Origin: Pseudobdellovibrionaceae bacterium
GTDB taxonomy: Bacteria > Bdellovibrionota > Bdellovibrionia > Bdellovibrionales > Bdellovibrionaceae
Reading direction: 5' to 3'
Assembly: GCA_041288045.1 (NCBI GenBank)
Contig: JBGGMM010000149.1
Coordinates: 1-51,577 of the forward strand
DNA length: 51,577 nucleotides
Shown here piece by piece: positions 18,997 through 29,800 of the stretch. Numbering within the stretch: the first letter of the stretch is position 1; each line of letters starts with the position of its first letter. A program made the position numbers and the translations under genes. The notes beneath the pieces are model-generated. The model was not told where the DNA came from. It did not search any database and worked only from the letters and a program-made list of their open reading frames with translations.

Positions 18997-19012
18997 TGGC
19001 ACTTGTGTTGCT
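18997..19012 (+). promoter_or_regulatory. Sigma54 (-24/-12) promoter of the flagellar operon
   Basis: TGGCAC-TTGTG-TTGCT, an exact consensus match about 50 bp upstream of fliL. Confidence 0.85.
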
Positions 19013-19060
19013 TTGTTTTGAATTGAGCACAAGTCTGCTTTCAATCCAAGGAGGGATGAA

Positions 19061-19600
19061 GTGGCTGAGGATAATGCAGCAAAAGAGGCGGCCCCCGCGG
19101 CGCCGGCCCAAAGTTCAGGCGGAAAATCACCCATTCTTTTGGTAGCTTTGGCGGTGATCAACATGTTGGTGGTTGCCGGCGTTGGTTTCATGCTTTTCAA
19201 AGGCAAACAAAAAGAAGCCGCTGAACCAAAAATCGAACATGTCATCAAAGGCGAGCATGATGCTCAAGAAGCTGAGAAGACAGAAGAAAAAGCTTTCATC
19301 GGGAAAGTCATCCCGCTTGAGACTTTCATTGTCAATCTGTCTGGTTCCAAAGGTCGTCGAATCGCCAAAGTGAACATGGAGATGGAACTTCAGGGCGAAC
19401 AAGTGCAAATCGAAATCGACAAGCGAAAAGCTCAGATCCGAGACATCATTATCATCATCCTTTCTAGCAAAACCTACGACGAAGTTTCCACTCGTGAAGG
19501 AAAAGACGGTTTAAAAAATGAAATCAAAGACACTTTGAATGCGTTTTTGACCAAAGGAAAAATTCTCAACGTTTACTTCACTGAATTCATTTACAACTAA
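19061..19600 (+). CDS. fliL: Flagellar basal body protein FliL
   Basis: N-terminal TM, FIVNL, IRD.II..LSSKT, VYFTEF; first gene of the operon; AGGAGG RBS. Confidence 0.92.
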   Translation: MAEDNAAKEAAPAAPAQSSGGKSPILLVALAVINMLVVAGVGFMLFKGKQKEAAEPKIEHVIKGEHDAQEAEKTEEKAFIGKVIPLETFIVNLSGSKGRRIAKVNMEMELQGEQVQIEIDKRKAQIRDIIIIILSSKTYDEVSTREGKDGLKNEIKDTLNAFLTKGKILNVYFTEFIYN

Positions 19601-19611
19601 GAGGGGCAAGC

Positions 19612-20643
19612 ATGAATCAGGTGTTGTCGCAAAGTGAAGTTGATGCTCTCCTCGCCGCGGTTTCCGAAGGCGAGGTTGGAAGCACAGATTCGGCCAGTGC
19701 CGCTTCTAGCGGAGGCGCTGGAGCTTCTGCAGGAAAGTCCAATGCCAAAGAAGACAAAGTGGTGGTCACCTATGATTTGACCAGCCAGGATCGGATCATT
19801 CGCGGTCGTCTTCCGCAGTTGGAAGTCATCTATGAAAAATTCATGCGATCTTTCCGTGTTTCTCTTTCATCTGCTTTAAGAAAGATCGCGTCTTTGACTC
19901 TGGCTAGCACAGATTTTCTAAAATTCGGCGAATTCATCAATACCTTGCCGATGCCGACCTGTATGACTGTCCTCCGTTTTGCCACTCTTCGGGGATCTGC
20001 TCTTTTTGTGATCGAAAGCAAGCTGGCTTATGCCTTGGTGGATAGTTTCTTTGGTGGCGCGGATCGCCCCTATACAAAAATTGAAGGCAAAGATTTCACC
20101 CAGATCGAACTTTCGATTGTGAAAAAAGTTGTGGATTTGGCGATCGATGACCTTGAGGCCGCTTGGGCATCCGTTGAAAAAATCGGTTGTTCTTTCGTGC
20201 GAACAGAAGTCAATCCACAGTTTGTCGGGATTGTGCCTCCGACGGACGTGGTGATTGCATCGACTTTTGACGTCGAGCTTGAAAACGCCAATGGCACGAT
20301 CACAATTGTGATTCCCTATTCAACAATTGAACCTATCAAACAAAAGCTCTCTTCAGGATTCCAGGTGGAATCAGACCAAACAGATAAGAAGCTTTGGACA
20401 ACGATCATCAAAGACCAATTGATGGAGACGGATCTGAATCTCAAAGTCAATTTGGGAGAGACAGAAATCAAGTTGAAGGACCTGATGACAATGAAAGTCG
20501 GGGATGTGATCCCGCTGGATCAGGATTCAACTGGAGAGTTCAACGTGCAAGTCGAAGGTGTGAACAAATTTAAAGGTTATTACGGAATTCACCATGGCAC
20601 CGTGGCCGTGCAGGTGACTCGAGAAATTGATAAAGGGGGATAA
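19612..20643 (+). CDS. fliM: Flagellar motor switch protein FliM
   Basis: VLSQSEVDALL CheY-binding motif, EVNPQFVGIV, C-terminal SpoA domain. Confidence 0.96.
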   Translation: MNQVLSQSEVDALLAAVSEGEVGSTDSASAASSGGAGASAGKSNAKEDKVVVTYDLTSQDRIIRGRLPQLEVIYEKFMRSFRVSLSSALRKIASLTLASTDFLKFGEFINTLPMPTCMTVLRFATLRGSALFVIESKLAYALVDSFFGGADRPYTKIEGKDFTQIELSIVKKVVDLAIDDLEAAWASVEKIGCSFVRTEVNPQFVGIVPPTDVVIASTFDVELENANGTITIVIPYSTIEPIKQKLSSGFQVESDQTDKKLWTTIIKDQLMETDLNLKVNLGETEIKLKDLMTMKVGDVIPLDQDSTGEFNVQVEGVNKFKGYYGIHHGTVAVQVTREIDKGG

Positions 20644-20646
20644 ACC

Positions 20647-21033
20647 ATGGCAGATAATTTGGACAACTTAGCAGAGAAGCTGGCGGCAGAAGCCGAAGCT
20701 GGAGATGCCGCCGCCTCTGGTGCTGGCGGGGGCGACAATCGTCAAAAACCTGAAGAGCTGGACGCCAGCAAAGATCGAAATCTGCAATTGATTTTGGATA
20801 TTCCACTTCGAGTCACTGTCGAATTGGGACGAACGAAAATGCCTGTCAATGAGCTTTTGAATCTCGGCCAGGGCAGTGTGATCGAACTGAATAAATTGGC
20901 CGGAGAGCCGATGGAAGTTTTCGTCAACGATAAACTGATTGCTCGCGGTGAAGCCGTGGTCGTCAATGAAAAATTTGGTGTCCGTTTGACAGACATCATT
21001 TCAACCAAAGAGCGAGTCGAGCAGCTGAAATAA
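20647..21033 (+). CDS. fliN: Flagellar motor switch protein FliN
   Basis: LDIPLRVTVELGRT...GSVIEL.KLAGEP...ARGEAVVVNEKFGVRLT. Confidence 0.96.
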   Translation: MADNLDNLAEKLAAEAEAGDAAASGAGGGDNRQKPEELDASKDRNLQLILDIPLRVTVELGRTKMPVNELLNLGQGSVIELNKLAGEPMEVFVNDKLIARGEAVVVNEKFGVRLTDIISTKERVEQLK

Positions 21034-21046
21034 GAATTTTGAAGGA

Positions 21047-21700
21047 GTGCGGAAGATGATTTGGATTCTGAAAATGATTTTGTTGGTGTCTTTGCAAGCC
21101 CACGCTCAGACAACGCCTGAGACGACTTCAGCCAATCCCCCGGCAGAAATCGCCGTCATGGTTCCATCGACAGTTTCTGAAACGGCTGCGGTTGTTAATG
21201 AAAACTCTGCTGTTTCAAACAAGAATCTCAAAGAATCCGAAATTCCCGTCAATTTGGAAACAACAAAGAAAGCGGCATCCAGTGAGAGTCCGTTTTTAAA
21301 AATTTTCCTTTCGCTTGGAATCGTCGCTGTGATGGGCGGGGCCGCTTATTTTTGGCTCCGTAAATATCGGTATAAGAACCCTCAAAGCCAGGCCACTCAG
21401 ATCAAGGTTCTGTCCCAGCATTTTCTTGGTCCTAAAAAATCTTTAGCGATCGTTCGGGTTGCTGGTGAGTCCGTTTTGATCGGTGTCACTGACACCAATA
21501 TTTCAATGATCAAATCTTTAAGTCTTCTGGATGAAGATATTCCTGAAGAAACACCTCGCGAATTTCAAACAGTCTTCGCGAGAAAAAATAAAATCGAAAA
21601 ACAACATGCAGATGACATGGAATCAAAAGATGAATTTTCAATCTCTGGAATTAAGGATTTTGTCTCTGTGAAATTGAAAAACATGAGGACACTCGAGTGA
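21047..21700 (+). CDS. fliO: Flagellar biosynthesis protein FliO
   Basis: TM helix followed by [13 protein letters not shown]...LIGVT; lies between fliN and fliP. Confidence 0.88.
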   Translation: MRKMIWILKMILLVSLQAHAQTTPETTSANPPAEIAVMVPSTVSETAAVVNENSAVSNKNLKESEIPVNLETTKKAASSESPFLKIFLSLGIVAVMGGAAYFWLRKYRYKNPQSQATQIKVLSQHFLGPKKSLAIVRVAGESVLIGVTDTNISMIKSLSLLDEDIPEETPREFQTVFARKNKIEKQHADDMESKDEFSISGIKDFVSVKLKNMRTLE

Positions 21701-22455
21701 AGAATTTTCTTCGGGCTCTTCCCATTTTGGCAATAGCGGCTCTGATTCTCGGAATCTGCCAGCAAACTTTTGCGCAAGTGACTTTGCCGAGCGTGAATTT
21801 AGGATTTAAGACAACCGAAAATCCAAATGAAGTCGTCAACGCCATCAAAATCGTTCTGGTGATGACAGTTCTGACACTGGCTCCGGCAATTTTGATTCTG
21901 ATGACCAGCTTCACCCGAATCATTATCGTGCTGTCTTTTCTTCGTCAGGCCATGGGTGTTCAACAGATGCCACCGAATCAACTTTTGGTCGGCTTGGCCC
22001 TGTTTTTGACATTTTTCATCATGGGCCCGGCATTTACGGAAATGAATCAAAAGGGTATCCAGCCCTATATTTCTGGAAAAATTTCTCAGGACCAAGCTCT
22101 CACAGAGACATTGGCTCCGCTGCGAAAATTCATGTTCGCTCAGACAAGACCTCAGGATTTGTCTCTTTTCATTCGGCTTGCAAAAATTCAGAAGCCAAAA
22201 ACTTTGGCGGATGTGCCGACAATGGCATTGGTGCCAGCTTTTGTGATTTCAGAGCTGAAAACAGCTTTTCAAATCGGCTTTATCATCTTTTTGCCCTTTC
22301 TCATCATCGATATGGTGGCGGCCAGTGTGTTGATGGCCATGGGGATGATGATGCTTCCGCCAGTTGTGATTTCGCTTCCATTTAAAATCATGTTGTTTGT
22401 TCTCGTGGATGGTTGGGCTTTGCTCATTGGTTCTATGGTGAACAGTTTCGGGTAG
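21697..22455 (+). CDS. fliP: Flagellar export protein FliP
   Basis: [47 protein letters not shown]. Confidence 0.97.
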   Translation: MKNFLRALPILAIAALILGICQQTFAQVTLPSVNLGFKTTENPNEVVNAIKIVLVMTVLTLAPAILILMTSFTRIIIVLSFLRQAMGVQQMPPNQLLVGLALFLTFFIMGPAFTEMNQKGIQPYISGKISQDQALTETLAPLRKFMFAQTRPQDLSLFIRLAKIQKPKTLADVPTMALVPAFVISELKTAFQIGFIIFLPFLIIDMVAASVLMAMGMMMLPPVVISLPFKIMLFVLVDGWALLIGSMVNSFG

Positions 22456-22464
22456 AGGTGAGAA

Positions 22465-22737
22465 ATGTCTGAAGATTTGATTATCAAGTTGGGTCAGGAT
22501 GCTCTGAGGACGACAGCGATGTTGGCAGGACCCATGTTGATTTCAACTTTGGTGATTGGTTTGGCAGTCAGTATTTTTCAGGCACTCACACAGATCAATG
22601 AGGCGACTTTGACATTTATTCCAAAAATGTTGGTGGTGGCCCTGGTGATTGTGATCGCTGGACCTTGGATGTTGGATATTATGACCACTTACACGACGAA
22701 CCTTTTTGAAAACATTGCGACTTTCGTAAGGGAGTAA
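22465..22737 (+). CDS. fliQ: Flagellar export protein FliQ
   Basis: FQALTQINEATLTFIPK. Confidence 0.96.
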   Translation: MSEDLIIKLGQDALRTTAMLAGPMLISTLVIGLAVSIFQALTQINEATLTFIPKMLVVALVIVIAGPWMLDIMTTYTTNLFENIATFVRE

Positions 22738-22740
22738 AGA

Positions 22741-23523
22741 TTGTTTCCAGGACTGAGTCAGTTTCCAGAAGGCCAAATCATTGCATTCGCGCTCGTGTTC
22801 CTGCGAATCATTGCCTTTGTCGTTGCTTGGCCCGTCTTTGGCTCGAGCAATGTCCCGGTTCCAGTCAAAGTTCTGCTCAGTTTGATTTTTTCTATCATTC
22901 TCTTTCCAGTGATTTCTTTTCAAAACGTGGATCTGATCAAAATCGATGATCAATTGATTTTTCTATCGATTCGCGAGGTCGGGATTGGCTTGGCGCTTGG
23001 TTTTCTGATGCGAATGTTTTTCTTTGCAATCAGTATTGCTGGCGAAGTGGTCAGTCTTTCCATCGGCCTTTCCTCAGCTCAAATGTTCAATCCGACATTG
23101 GGGACTCAGAGCAATGTGGTGGAGCAGTTTCAAATGATGATTGCCACTCTCTTTTTTCTGGCAATCAACGGACATCACATTTTCATCACTGGAATGGCTC
23201 AAAGTTTCGACCTGGCCCCTGTTGCGGTGATTGGCATCAAAGCCGAAGCCTTTGGATCCATCAGCCAATGGACCAAGGATGTCTTCGTCGCCGGATTGAA
23301 GATGTCAGCTCCAGTGCTGGTGGCGATTTTTCTGACGAATATTTCGATGGGCATTCTGGGGCGGGCTGTTCCGCAAATCAATGTTTTGGTCACCAGTATG
23401 GCAGTGACACTGTTGTTAGGTCTTGGGGTCTTGTTTGTGACGACTCCTCTTTTTTTGGGAGAAATGCACGGTCTTATGAATTTAATGGCTGAGCGGTTTT
23501 TTCAGTTTATGAAAGTGATATAA
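22741..23523 (+). CDS. fliR: Flagellar export protein FliR
   Basis: Polytopic membrane protein; NGHH, GRAVPQINV; operon position. Confidence 0.95.
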   Translation: MFPGLSQFPEGQIIAFALVFLRIIAFVVAWPVFGSSNVPVPVKVLLSLIFSIILFPVISFQNVDLIKIDDQLIFLSIREVGIGLALGFLMRMFFFAISIAGEVVSLSIGLSSAQMFNPTLGTQSNVVEQFQMMIATLFFLAINGHHIFITGMAQSFDLAPVAVIGIKAEAFGSISQWTKDVFVAGLKMSAPVLVAIFLTNISMGILGRAVPQINVLVTSMAVTLLLGLGVLFVTTPLFLGEMHGLMNLMAERFFQFMKVI

Positions 23524-24588
23524 ATGGCTGACGAAGATCAGGAAAAAACAGAAGAAGCAACCCAGTCCCGACGCGATGAATTTCGCAAGCGCGGGCAAGT
23601 GGCTCATTCGCGAGAATTGGCGAGTGCTCTGTTTCTATTGGTTGGTGCGGGAGCTATTTTTCTTCTTTCTAAGTTTTTTATGGTGCAAATCACGGAGGCG
23701 TTTCAGTTTTCCTTTGGTGCTGACATGGTATCCGCAGTTCGCAATGGGGATTTGTTCATAGCTGCCAAAATGTCAGGGACTAAGCTTGCGATTCTTCTGA
23801 CTCCTGTTCTTGGAATTGCCCTGATCGTTGGAATCGGATCCAGCGTGGTTCAGACAGGGCTTCTCAATGTCGAAGACGCTTTGAGCCCCAACTTCGAGAA
23901 AATCAATCCTTTGGAAGGTTTTAAACGAATTTTTTCACTTCGAGCGGTGGTTGAGGCTTTGAAAGCTCTTTTGAAGCTGGTTTTCATTGGAGCTGTGGTT
24001 TTGATGATTATCAAATCTGAAGTCTTCAAAGTTCCCTCGATGATCCAATTCTCGGTGGATCAGTTGATGAATTATCTGGGTGAAATCACAGTTCGCCTGA
24101 TGTCGGGAATTGGTATGGCCATGATGGTCCTCACTGCGGCTGATTATTTTTTTCAGCGATGGGATCTTGATAAAAAAATGATGATGACCAAGCAGGAAGT
24201 CAAAGAAGAGCACAAACAGCGAGAAGGGGATCCGCTGATCAAAGCCAGGATCCGCCGAGTGCAAAGGGAAATGGCCAATCGCCGGATGATGGAAAAAGTT
24301 CCTCAGGCCGATGTGATTGTCACCAATCCCACGCACATTGCAGTCGCCTTAAAGTATGATGCCAATCTTCCGGCTCCACAGCTGATTGCCAAAGGAGCTG
24401 ACTTGATCGCCGAAAAAATCAAAGCTCTCGCAAAAGAGCACAACATTCCGGTGATTGAGAACAAACCATTAGCGCGAACTATTTATAAGACGATGAAATT
24501 AGGACAAGTGATTCCAAGGGAGCTATTTGTGGCCGTGGCTGAAGTGCTTTCTTATGTTTACAAATTGCGTAGAAAGGTGAAGAGATAA
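23524..24588 (+). CDS. flhB: Flagellar export protein FlhB
   Basis: EKTEEAT, EVKEEHKQREGDP, NPTH autocleavage site, ENKPLAR. Confidence 0.97.
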   Translation: MADEDQEKTEEATQSRRDEFRKRGQVAHSRELASALFLLVGAGAIFLLSKFFMVQITEAFQFSFGADMVSAVRNGDLFIAAKMSGTKLAILLTPVLGIALIVGIGSSVVQTGLLNVEDALSPNFEKINPLEGFKRIFSLRAVVEALKALLKLVFIGAVVLMIIKSEVFKVPSMIQFSVDQLMNYLGEITVRLMSGIGMAMMVLTAADYFFQRWDLDKKMMMTKQEVKEEHKQREGDPLIKARIRRVQREMANRRMMEKVPQADVIVTNPTHIAVALKYDANLPAPQLIAKGADLIAEKIKALAKEHNIPVIENKPLARTIYKTMKLGQVIPRELFVAVAEVLSYVYKLRRKVKR

Positions 24589-26690
24589 TGGACCAGATTT
24601 TTCTCTTCATGAAAAAATTTGATAAAATCACCAAGAACACCGATTTGCTGATCGCTTTTGGTTTGTTGGTGATTTTAGGGGTGATGGTCATCCCATTGCC
24701 GCCGATTCTTTTGGATTTGACTCTCACTTTTTCATTGGCCATCAGCATTTTGATTTTGCTGGTTTCGATTTACATCAACAAAGCGCTTGAGTTCAGCGTC
24801 TTTCCATCGCTCTTGTTGATGACGACTTTGTATCGTTTAGCTTTGAACGTTGCCACAACCCGATTGATTTTAACGGAAGGGCACAAGGGGCCTTCGGCCG
24901 CTGGACATGTGATCGAAGCTTTCGGAAACTTTGTCGTCGGCAATAACTATGTCATCGGGACAATTGTCTTTACGATTCTCGTGGTCATCAATTTCGTGGT
25001 CATCACCAAAGGTTCGGGCCGCGTGGCCGAAGTGGCCGCTCGTTTCACATTGGATGCGATGCCTGGAAAGCAAATGTCCATCGATGCTGATTTGAATGCC
25101 GGTTTGATCAATGAACATGAAGCTCGCCGTCGCCGTCAGGAAATCGAAGCTGAAGCCGATTTCTACGGGGCCATGGATGGTGCCAGCAAATTCGTACGCG
25201 GAGACGCCATCGCCGGGATTCTGATCACCGTGGTCAATATTATCGGTGGTTTACTGATCGGGGTTTTGCAGAAAGGTCTCGATCTTTCTACAGCTGCCAA
25301 GTACTACACGATGCTGACCATCGGGGATGGTCTTTTGGCTCAGATTCCTGCACTGATTATTTCCACAGCCGCCGGTACGGTTGTCACTCGCAGCTCTCGT
25401 TCTGGTAAAAACATGGGTGCCGAGATCATTGGACAACTTTTCTTGAATTCTCGAGCTGTTGGGATTTCAGGGGCTGTGATCGGGCTTTTGTCATTGGTCC
25501 CCGGTCTGCCGACCGTTCCTTTTATGACCATGGGTCTGGCGATGGGCGGAATGTCATGGTTGATCAAGCGCTATCAAAAAGAAACTGAAGACAATGAAAG
25601 AAAACGGGCTGAAGAAGCGGCATCAGCAGGGCCTAAGAAAGAGAATATTGAGACTCTTTTGCCTTTGGATATGGTCGAACTTGAAGTCGGCTATGGTCTG
25701 ATCAATGTGGTCGAAAGCGATCAGTCTGGAGATTTGCTCGAGCGAATTGTCAGTATTCGAAAACAGTTCGCTTTGGATCTGGGAATCATTGTTCCAAGTA
25801 TTCACATCCGTGACAATTTGCAGTTGGCCTCGGGTGAGTACCGTCTCTTAATCAAAGGCAATAAAGTCGGCGGCGGTATTTTGAAACCTGAATGTTTGTT
25901 GGCCATGGATCCAGGCAGTGTCACTGAGGCGATCGACGGTTATCCAACCAAAGAACCTGCTTTTGGATTGGATGCCCTGTGGATCAATCCGTCTCACAAA
26001 GAGCAGGCCGAAGTCGCGGGTTATACAGTCGTTGATCTACCGACAGTGATGGCGACTCATCTGACAGAGATCATCCGTTCACACGCTCATGAATTGCTGG
26101 GACGTCAGGAAGCCTCTTCGCTGATCGAAAACTTCAAGAAGACTCATCCCAAAGTGGTCGAAGATTTGATCCCGGATCATTTGTCCCTGGGAAGCGTGGT
26201 TCGAGTTCTGCAAAGCTTGCTGCGTGAACAAGTGTCGATCCGTGATTTGCGCACGATTTTTGAGACTTTGGCTGATGAATCCAATAAGACAAAAGACATC
26301 GAAGTGCTCACCGAATCGGTACGACGGGCTCTGGCGCGCTCGATCACTGCCAAGTACACAACGGATATTGGCAGTGTGCCGGTGATGACTTTGCATCCGC
26401 ATATTGAAGAACTGATTGCCAATTCGTTGATTCAAACTGAGCAGGGCGTGCAACTGGTCATGGATCCACAGACAGCTCAAAGATTGATTACTGAAATTGC
26501 AGCAACAGTGGAAAATCATCCAGAAATTGCCGGGCAGCCGATTCTTTTGACCAGCCCGACTTCACGACGTCATCTCTACAAACTGACGTCGCGCTTTATT
26601 CCGCAATTGGTTGTTTTGTCACATAACGAATTATCGTCCGATGCCAATGTCAGATCCGTCGGAGTGGTGGAGATGAGCCATGCAAGTTAA
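24588..26690 (+). CDS. flhA: Flagellar export gate protein FlhA
   Basis: FHIPEP motif RVAEVAARFTLDAMPGKQMSIDADLNAG and FYGAMDGASKFVRGDAIAG. Confidence 0.98.
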   Translation: MDQIFLFMKKFDKITKNTDLLIAFGLLVILGVMVIPLPPILLDLTLTFSLAISILILLVSIYINKALEFSVFPSLLLMTTLYRLALNVATTRLILTEGHKGPSAAGHVIEAFGNFVVGNNYVIGTIVFTILVVINFVVITKGSGRVAEVAARFTLDAMPGKQMSIDADLNAGLINEHEARRRRQEIEAEADFYGAMDGASKFVRGDAIAGILITVVNIIGGLLIGVLQKGLDLSTAAKYYTMLTIGDGLLAQIPALIISTAAGTVVTRSSRSGKNMGAEIIGQLFLNSRAVGISGAVIGLLSLVPGLPTVPFMTMGLAMGGMSWLIKRYQKETEDNERKRAEEAASAGPKKENIETLLPLDMVELEVGYGLINVVESDQSGDLLERIVSIRKQFALDLGIIVPSIHIRDNLQLASGEYRLLIKGNKVGGGILKPECLLAMDPGSVTEAIDGYPTKEPAFGLDALWINPSHKEQAEVAGYTVVDLPTVMATHLTEIIRSHAHELLGRQEASSLIENFKKTHPKVVEDLIPDHLSLGSVVRVLQSLLREQVSIRDLRTIFETLADESNKTKDIEVLTESVRRALARSITAKYTTDIGSVPVMTLHPHIEELIANSLIQTEQGVQLVMDPQTAQRLITEIAATVENHPEIAGQPILLTSPTSRRHLYKLTSRFIPQLVVLSHNELSSDANVRSVGVVEMSHAS

Positions 26691-28125
26691 GAAATTTGAA
26701 GCTCGAACCATGAAAGAGGCTTTGGAAATGGTCAAGACTCAGTTGGGTCCAGATGCCATCATCCTCAGTGCCAGGGACAACAATCGAAGCTTCGGGCTTG
26801 TCGGTGAAGGCAGCGTCGAAATCACAGCTGCTGTTTCTGAAGAGACTTTGCATAAGAAGAAATTCGCTGAAAGCCGGCTTCGTGAAGAGGACCGGCAGAA
26901 GCTGATGAAGAGTCCGGCCAAAGTGCAAAAACAAGTCATCAACCAAATGGTGAATAAATATATTGCTGAAAAGGACGAGAGATCCCCAAAGCCAATCACT
27001 CGGACTCGCTACATTGAGATTGATGATGCGCAAGAAGCGGCCATGGCGGCTCAAAGTTATCATGCGCAAGCGGCCTCAGAGAGAATAAAAAATGCGGCGC
27101 AAAGAGCTTGGTCGGTCATGCAGACCCAGGGCACTTGGGAAGAGCTGAAAAAGCCAGCTCCTGCTCCTGCAACTGCGAAGCCGGCAGCGATGGAAGCTGC
27201 CGAAATTCAGGCCTTGAAAGGCGAAATCGCCAGTTTGAAACAGGTCATTGCTCATTTTCAACATATTCCCCAGAACTTTTCCACAGGCCAGCATCCTGGA
27301 GCGAATTATGGACTCTCTTACGATGTCAGTGCCGTGTTTGAAAAGCTGGTCGCAGCTGGGGTTGGGGAAGAGATCACAGCAGAAATTCTCACACAGGCCG
27401 AAGAGCAGATGACTCCACTCAAATTGAAAAACAAAGCTTTGGTTGAAGCTTTTGCCGCGAAATTCATTCTCAACACAACTGCCATCGTCGGAGAAAAACA
27501 AAGCAGCAAAATGCATGTTTTCGTGGGGCCTGCGGCATCAGGGAAAACATCGACTTTGATTAAGCTTGCCAGTCATCTGGTCGTGCGCGAGGGGAAGAAA
27601 GTCGCTCTGATCACTACGGACACATTGAAAGTCGGAGCTTGCGATCAAATGCGGATTTATGCGCAAATTCTCAATGTGCCATTCGCGATCGTCCGTCAAA
27701 AAACAGATTGGGATAAAATCATGGCGCAACTTTCGGGCTATGATCATATCCTGGTGGATTTCTCTGGTGTCGGCTTAAAGACCATGGAAGAGATTTCCTT
27801 CGTTCGCAATTTGATTCCGCCAGAATCTCTTAATCCACAGATCCATTTGGTGCTTTCTTGCTTGGCCAAAGATTCGGACCTCACCGAGATCGGCAAGCGT
27901 TACAAAGTCACTGGTTTTCAGGATGTGATTTTCACTGGCCTTGATGAGTCCATTCAACATGGGACTATCTACAATTTCATCCGCCGTTTTTCAGTTCCAT
28001 TGCACAGCTTTGGAATTGGAACTCGAGTGCCAGAAGACTTTGAAGTTGCCAGCAAAGAGAGAGTTTTGGATTTGATTTTTAAAATTACGAAAATGAACCG
28101 CGTAGAACAAGGGACAATGCCATGA
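26680..28125 (+). CDS. flhF: Flagellar SRP-type GTPase FlhF (degenerate G motifs)
   Basis: MQVKKF...LGPDAIILS N-terminus, P-loop GPAASGKTST, RVPED; lies between flhA and flhG. Confidence 0.92.
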   Translation: MQVKKFEARTMKEALEMVKTQLGPDAIILSARDNNRSFGLVGEGSVEITAAVSEETLHKKKFAESRLREEDRQKLMKSPAKVQKQVINQMVNKYIAEKDERSPKPITRTRYIEIDDAQEAAMAAQSYHAQAASERIKNAAQRAWSVMQTQGTWEELKKPAPAPATAKPAAMEAAEIQALKGEIASLKQVIAHFQHIPQNFSTGQHPGANYGLSYDVSAVFEKLVAAGVGEEITAEILTQAEEQMTPLKLKNKALVEAFAAKFILNTTAIVGEKQSSKMHVFVGPAASGKTSTLIKLASHLVVREGKKVALITTDTLKVGACDQMRIYAQILNVPFAIVRQKTDWDKIMAQLSGYDHILVDFSGVGLKTMEEISFVRNLIPPESLNPQIHLVLSCLAKDSDLTEIGKRYKVTGFQDVIFTGLDESIQHGTIYNFIRRFSVPLHSFGIGTRVPEDFEVASKERVLDLIFKITKMNRVEQGTMP

Positions 28126-28940
28126 CAGCTCCTGCAAAAAGAACTCGCACGATCAGTATCACTTCAGGAAAAGGCGGCGTTGGCAAAACAACGATGACCG
28201 CGAATATGGCTTTTGCTCTGGCCCAGAGAGGGAAACGAGTTCTGGTTTTCGATGGGGACCTTGGAATGGCGAACATTGACATCATGTTCGGAGTCAAAGC
28301 CGAAGCCAGTATTCTGAATGTCCTTCAGGGCGACAAAGATATTCAGCAAGTGATCACTTCATTAGCTCCGAACATTTCATTGATTCCGGGCGGGAGCGGG
28401 GTTGTGGAGTTGAATCGATTGAATGCTTTTGAAAGACGCTCTTTGGTGGATGCGGTCAGCTCTTTGGACTATCAATACGATTATTTGCTGATAGATACAG
28501 CTCCTGGAATTGCTGACAATGTGCTTTATCTGAATTCGGCAGCGCAGATTTCATCTGTGGTGATCACTCCTGATCCTTCTTCGCTGGCGGATTCGTATGC
28601 TTTGATCAAAGTGCTGAATAAAGAGTACAAAGAATCCAAATTTTCGATCATTTGCAATCAAGTTCGCGACGAAGCAGAAGGCTTCTCACTGTTCAATCGA
28701 TTCAGCGAAGTGGTGAATCGATTTCTCTACATTGGTCTCGACTATTGGGGATCAGTGGCGCAGGACCCTTTATTTCGAAGGTCAAGCCAGAATCAGCGTC
28801 TCATTTTGAAACACGAACCAAATTCAGAGCCGGCCAAAAATCTTCTGAAGATTTCCAATAAGTTAGAAGCTGCTGTCAACAACCAGGACAGCAAGGCGGG
28901 CCTCCAGTTTTTCTGGGAGCAGGTCGTGGGTGTGGCTTAG
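28122..28940 (+). CDS. flhG: MinD-like ATPase FlhG/FleN
   Basis: SGKGGVGKT, DLGMANID, DTAPG, C-terminal amphipathic helix. Confidence 0.92.
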   Translation: MTAPAKRTRTISITSGKGGVGKTTMTANMAFALAQRGKRVLVFDGDLGMANIDIMFGVKAEASILNVLQGDKDIQQVITSLAPNISLIPGGSGVVELNRLNAFERRSLVDAVSSLDYQYDYLLIDTAPGIADNVLYLNSAAQISSVVITPDPSSLADSYALIKVLNKEYKESKFSIICNQVRDEAEGFSLFNRFSEVVNRFLYIGLDYWGSVAQDPLFRRSSQNQRLILKHEPNSEPAKNLLKISNKLEAAVNNQDSKAGLQFFWEQVVGVA

Positions 28941-28997
28941 GTGAATTGGACTTTCAGAGGATACTTCGCTTTGCTAAAATTTTAATTGAGGGGTTAC

Positions 28998-29786
28998 ATG
29001 ACAATGGCAAAAACGGCTCTGATGAAGAAATACAAAGAAGAACCGCGCAAAGTGGAGTCAACGGATAAAGACAAGTTGATTCTCGAGTACGCGCCATTGA
29101 TCAAATTCATTGCGCAGAAAATTGCCGTTCGCCTTCCCTCTAATATCGAACTGGATGATTTGATCTCTAGCGGAGTGATCGGCTTGATGGATGCCATCGA
29201 CAAGTACGATCCCACTCGTGATAACAAATTCAAAACTTACGCTGAGTTTCGGATTCGGGGAGCCATCCTCGATGAACTTCGTGCGCAGGATTGGGTGCCA
29301 AGATCGATTCGTGATAAAGCCAAACTTTTGGATAAAACAATGGTCAATCTTGAAGCCGAAATTGGCCGAGTGCCAACGGATGAAGAAGTGGCCAAGGCCT
29401 TAAATCTCAACATTGATGAATTTCATGATCTGCTCAATCAGGTTCGGCCTGTCAGTCTTCTTTCCATTGATGAATCTCAGACATTTTCAAATGTCGATAA
29501 GAAATCCATTCTCAATATTTTGGAAGGTTGCAAACTCAACAATCCTTTCAATCAACTCAATGTCAAAACAGTGAAAGACATTGTCACGCAGGCAATCGAG
29601 GAGCTTCCTGAGCGCCAGCGATTGGTTCTTTCACTTTATTATTACGAAGACCTCAATCTAAAGGAAATCGGCAAAGTTCTCAGAGTCACCGAGAGCCGAG
29701 TCTCTCAGTTGCACGCCCAAGCCGTCTCCAGATTGAGAAACAAGCTCGCGCTCACCCTGGGCTCCGGCGAACTCGACGTCGCGTAA
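28998..29786 (+). CDS. fliA: Flagellar sigma factor FliA (sigma28)
   Basis: DDLISSGVIGLMDA, FKTYAEFRIRGAILDELR..DWVPRS, LYYYEDLNLKEIG.VL.VTESRVSQ. Confidence 0.96.
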   Translation: MTMAKTALMKKYKEEPRKVESTDKDKLILEYAPLIKFIAQKIAVRLPSNIELDDLISSGVIGLMDAIDKYDPTRDNKFKTYAEFRIRGAILDELRAQDWVPRSIRDKAKLLDKTMVNLEAEIGRVPTDEEVAKALNLNIDEFHDLLNQVRPVSLLSIDESQTFSNVDKKSILNILEGCKLNNPFNQLNVKTVKDIVTQAIEELPERQRLVLSLYYYEDLNLKEIGKVLRVTESRVSQLHAQAVSRLRNKLALTLGSGELDVA

Positions 29787-29800
29787 AGGCACCCCAGACC

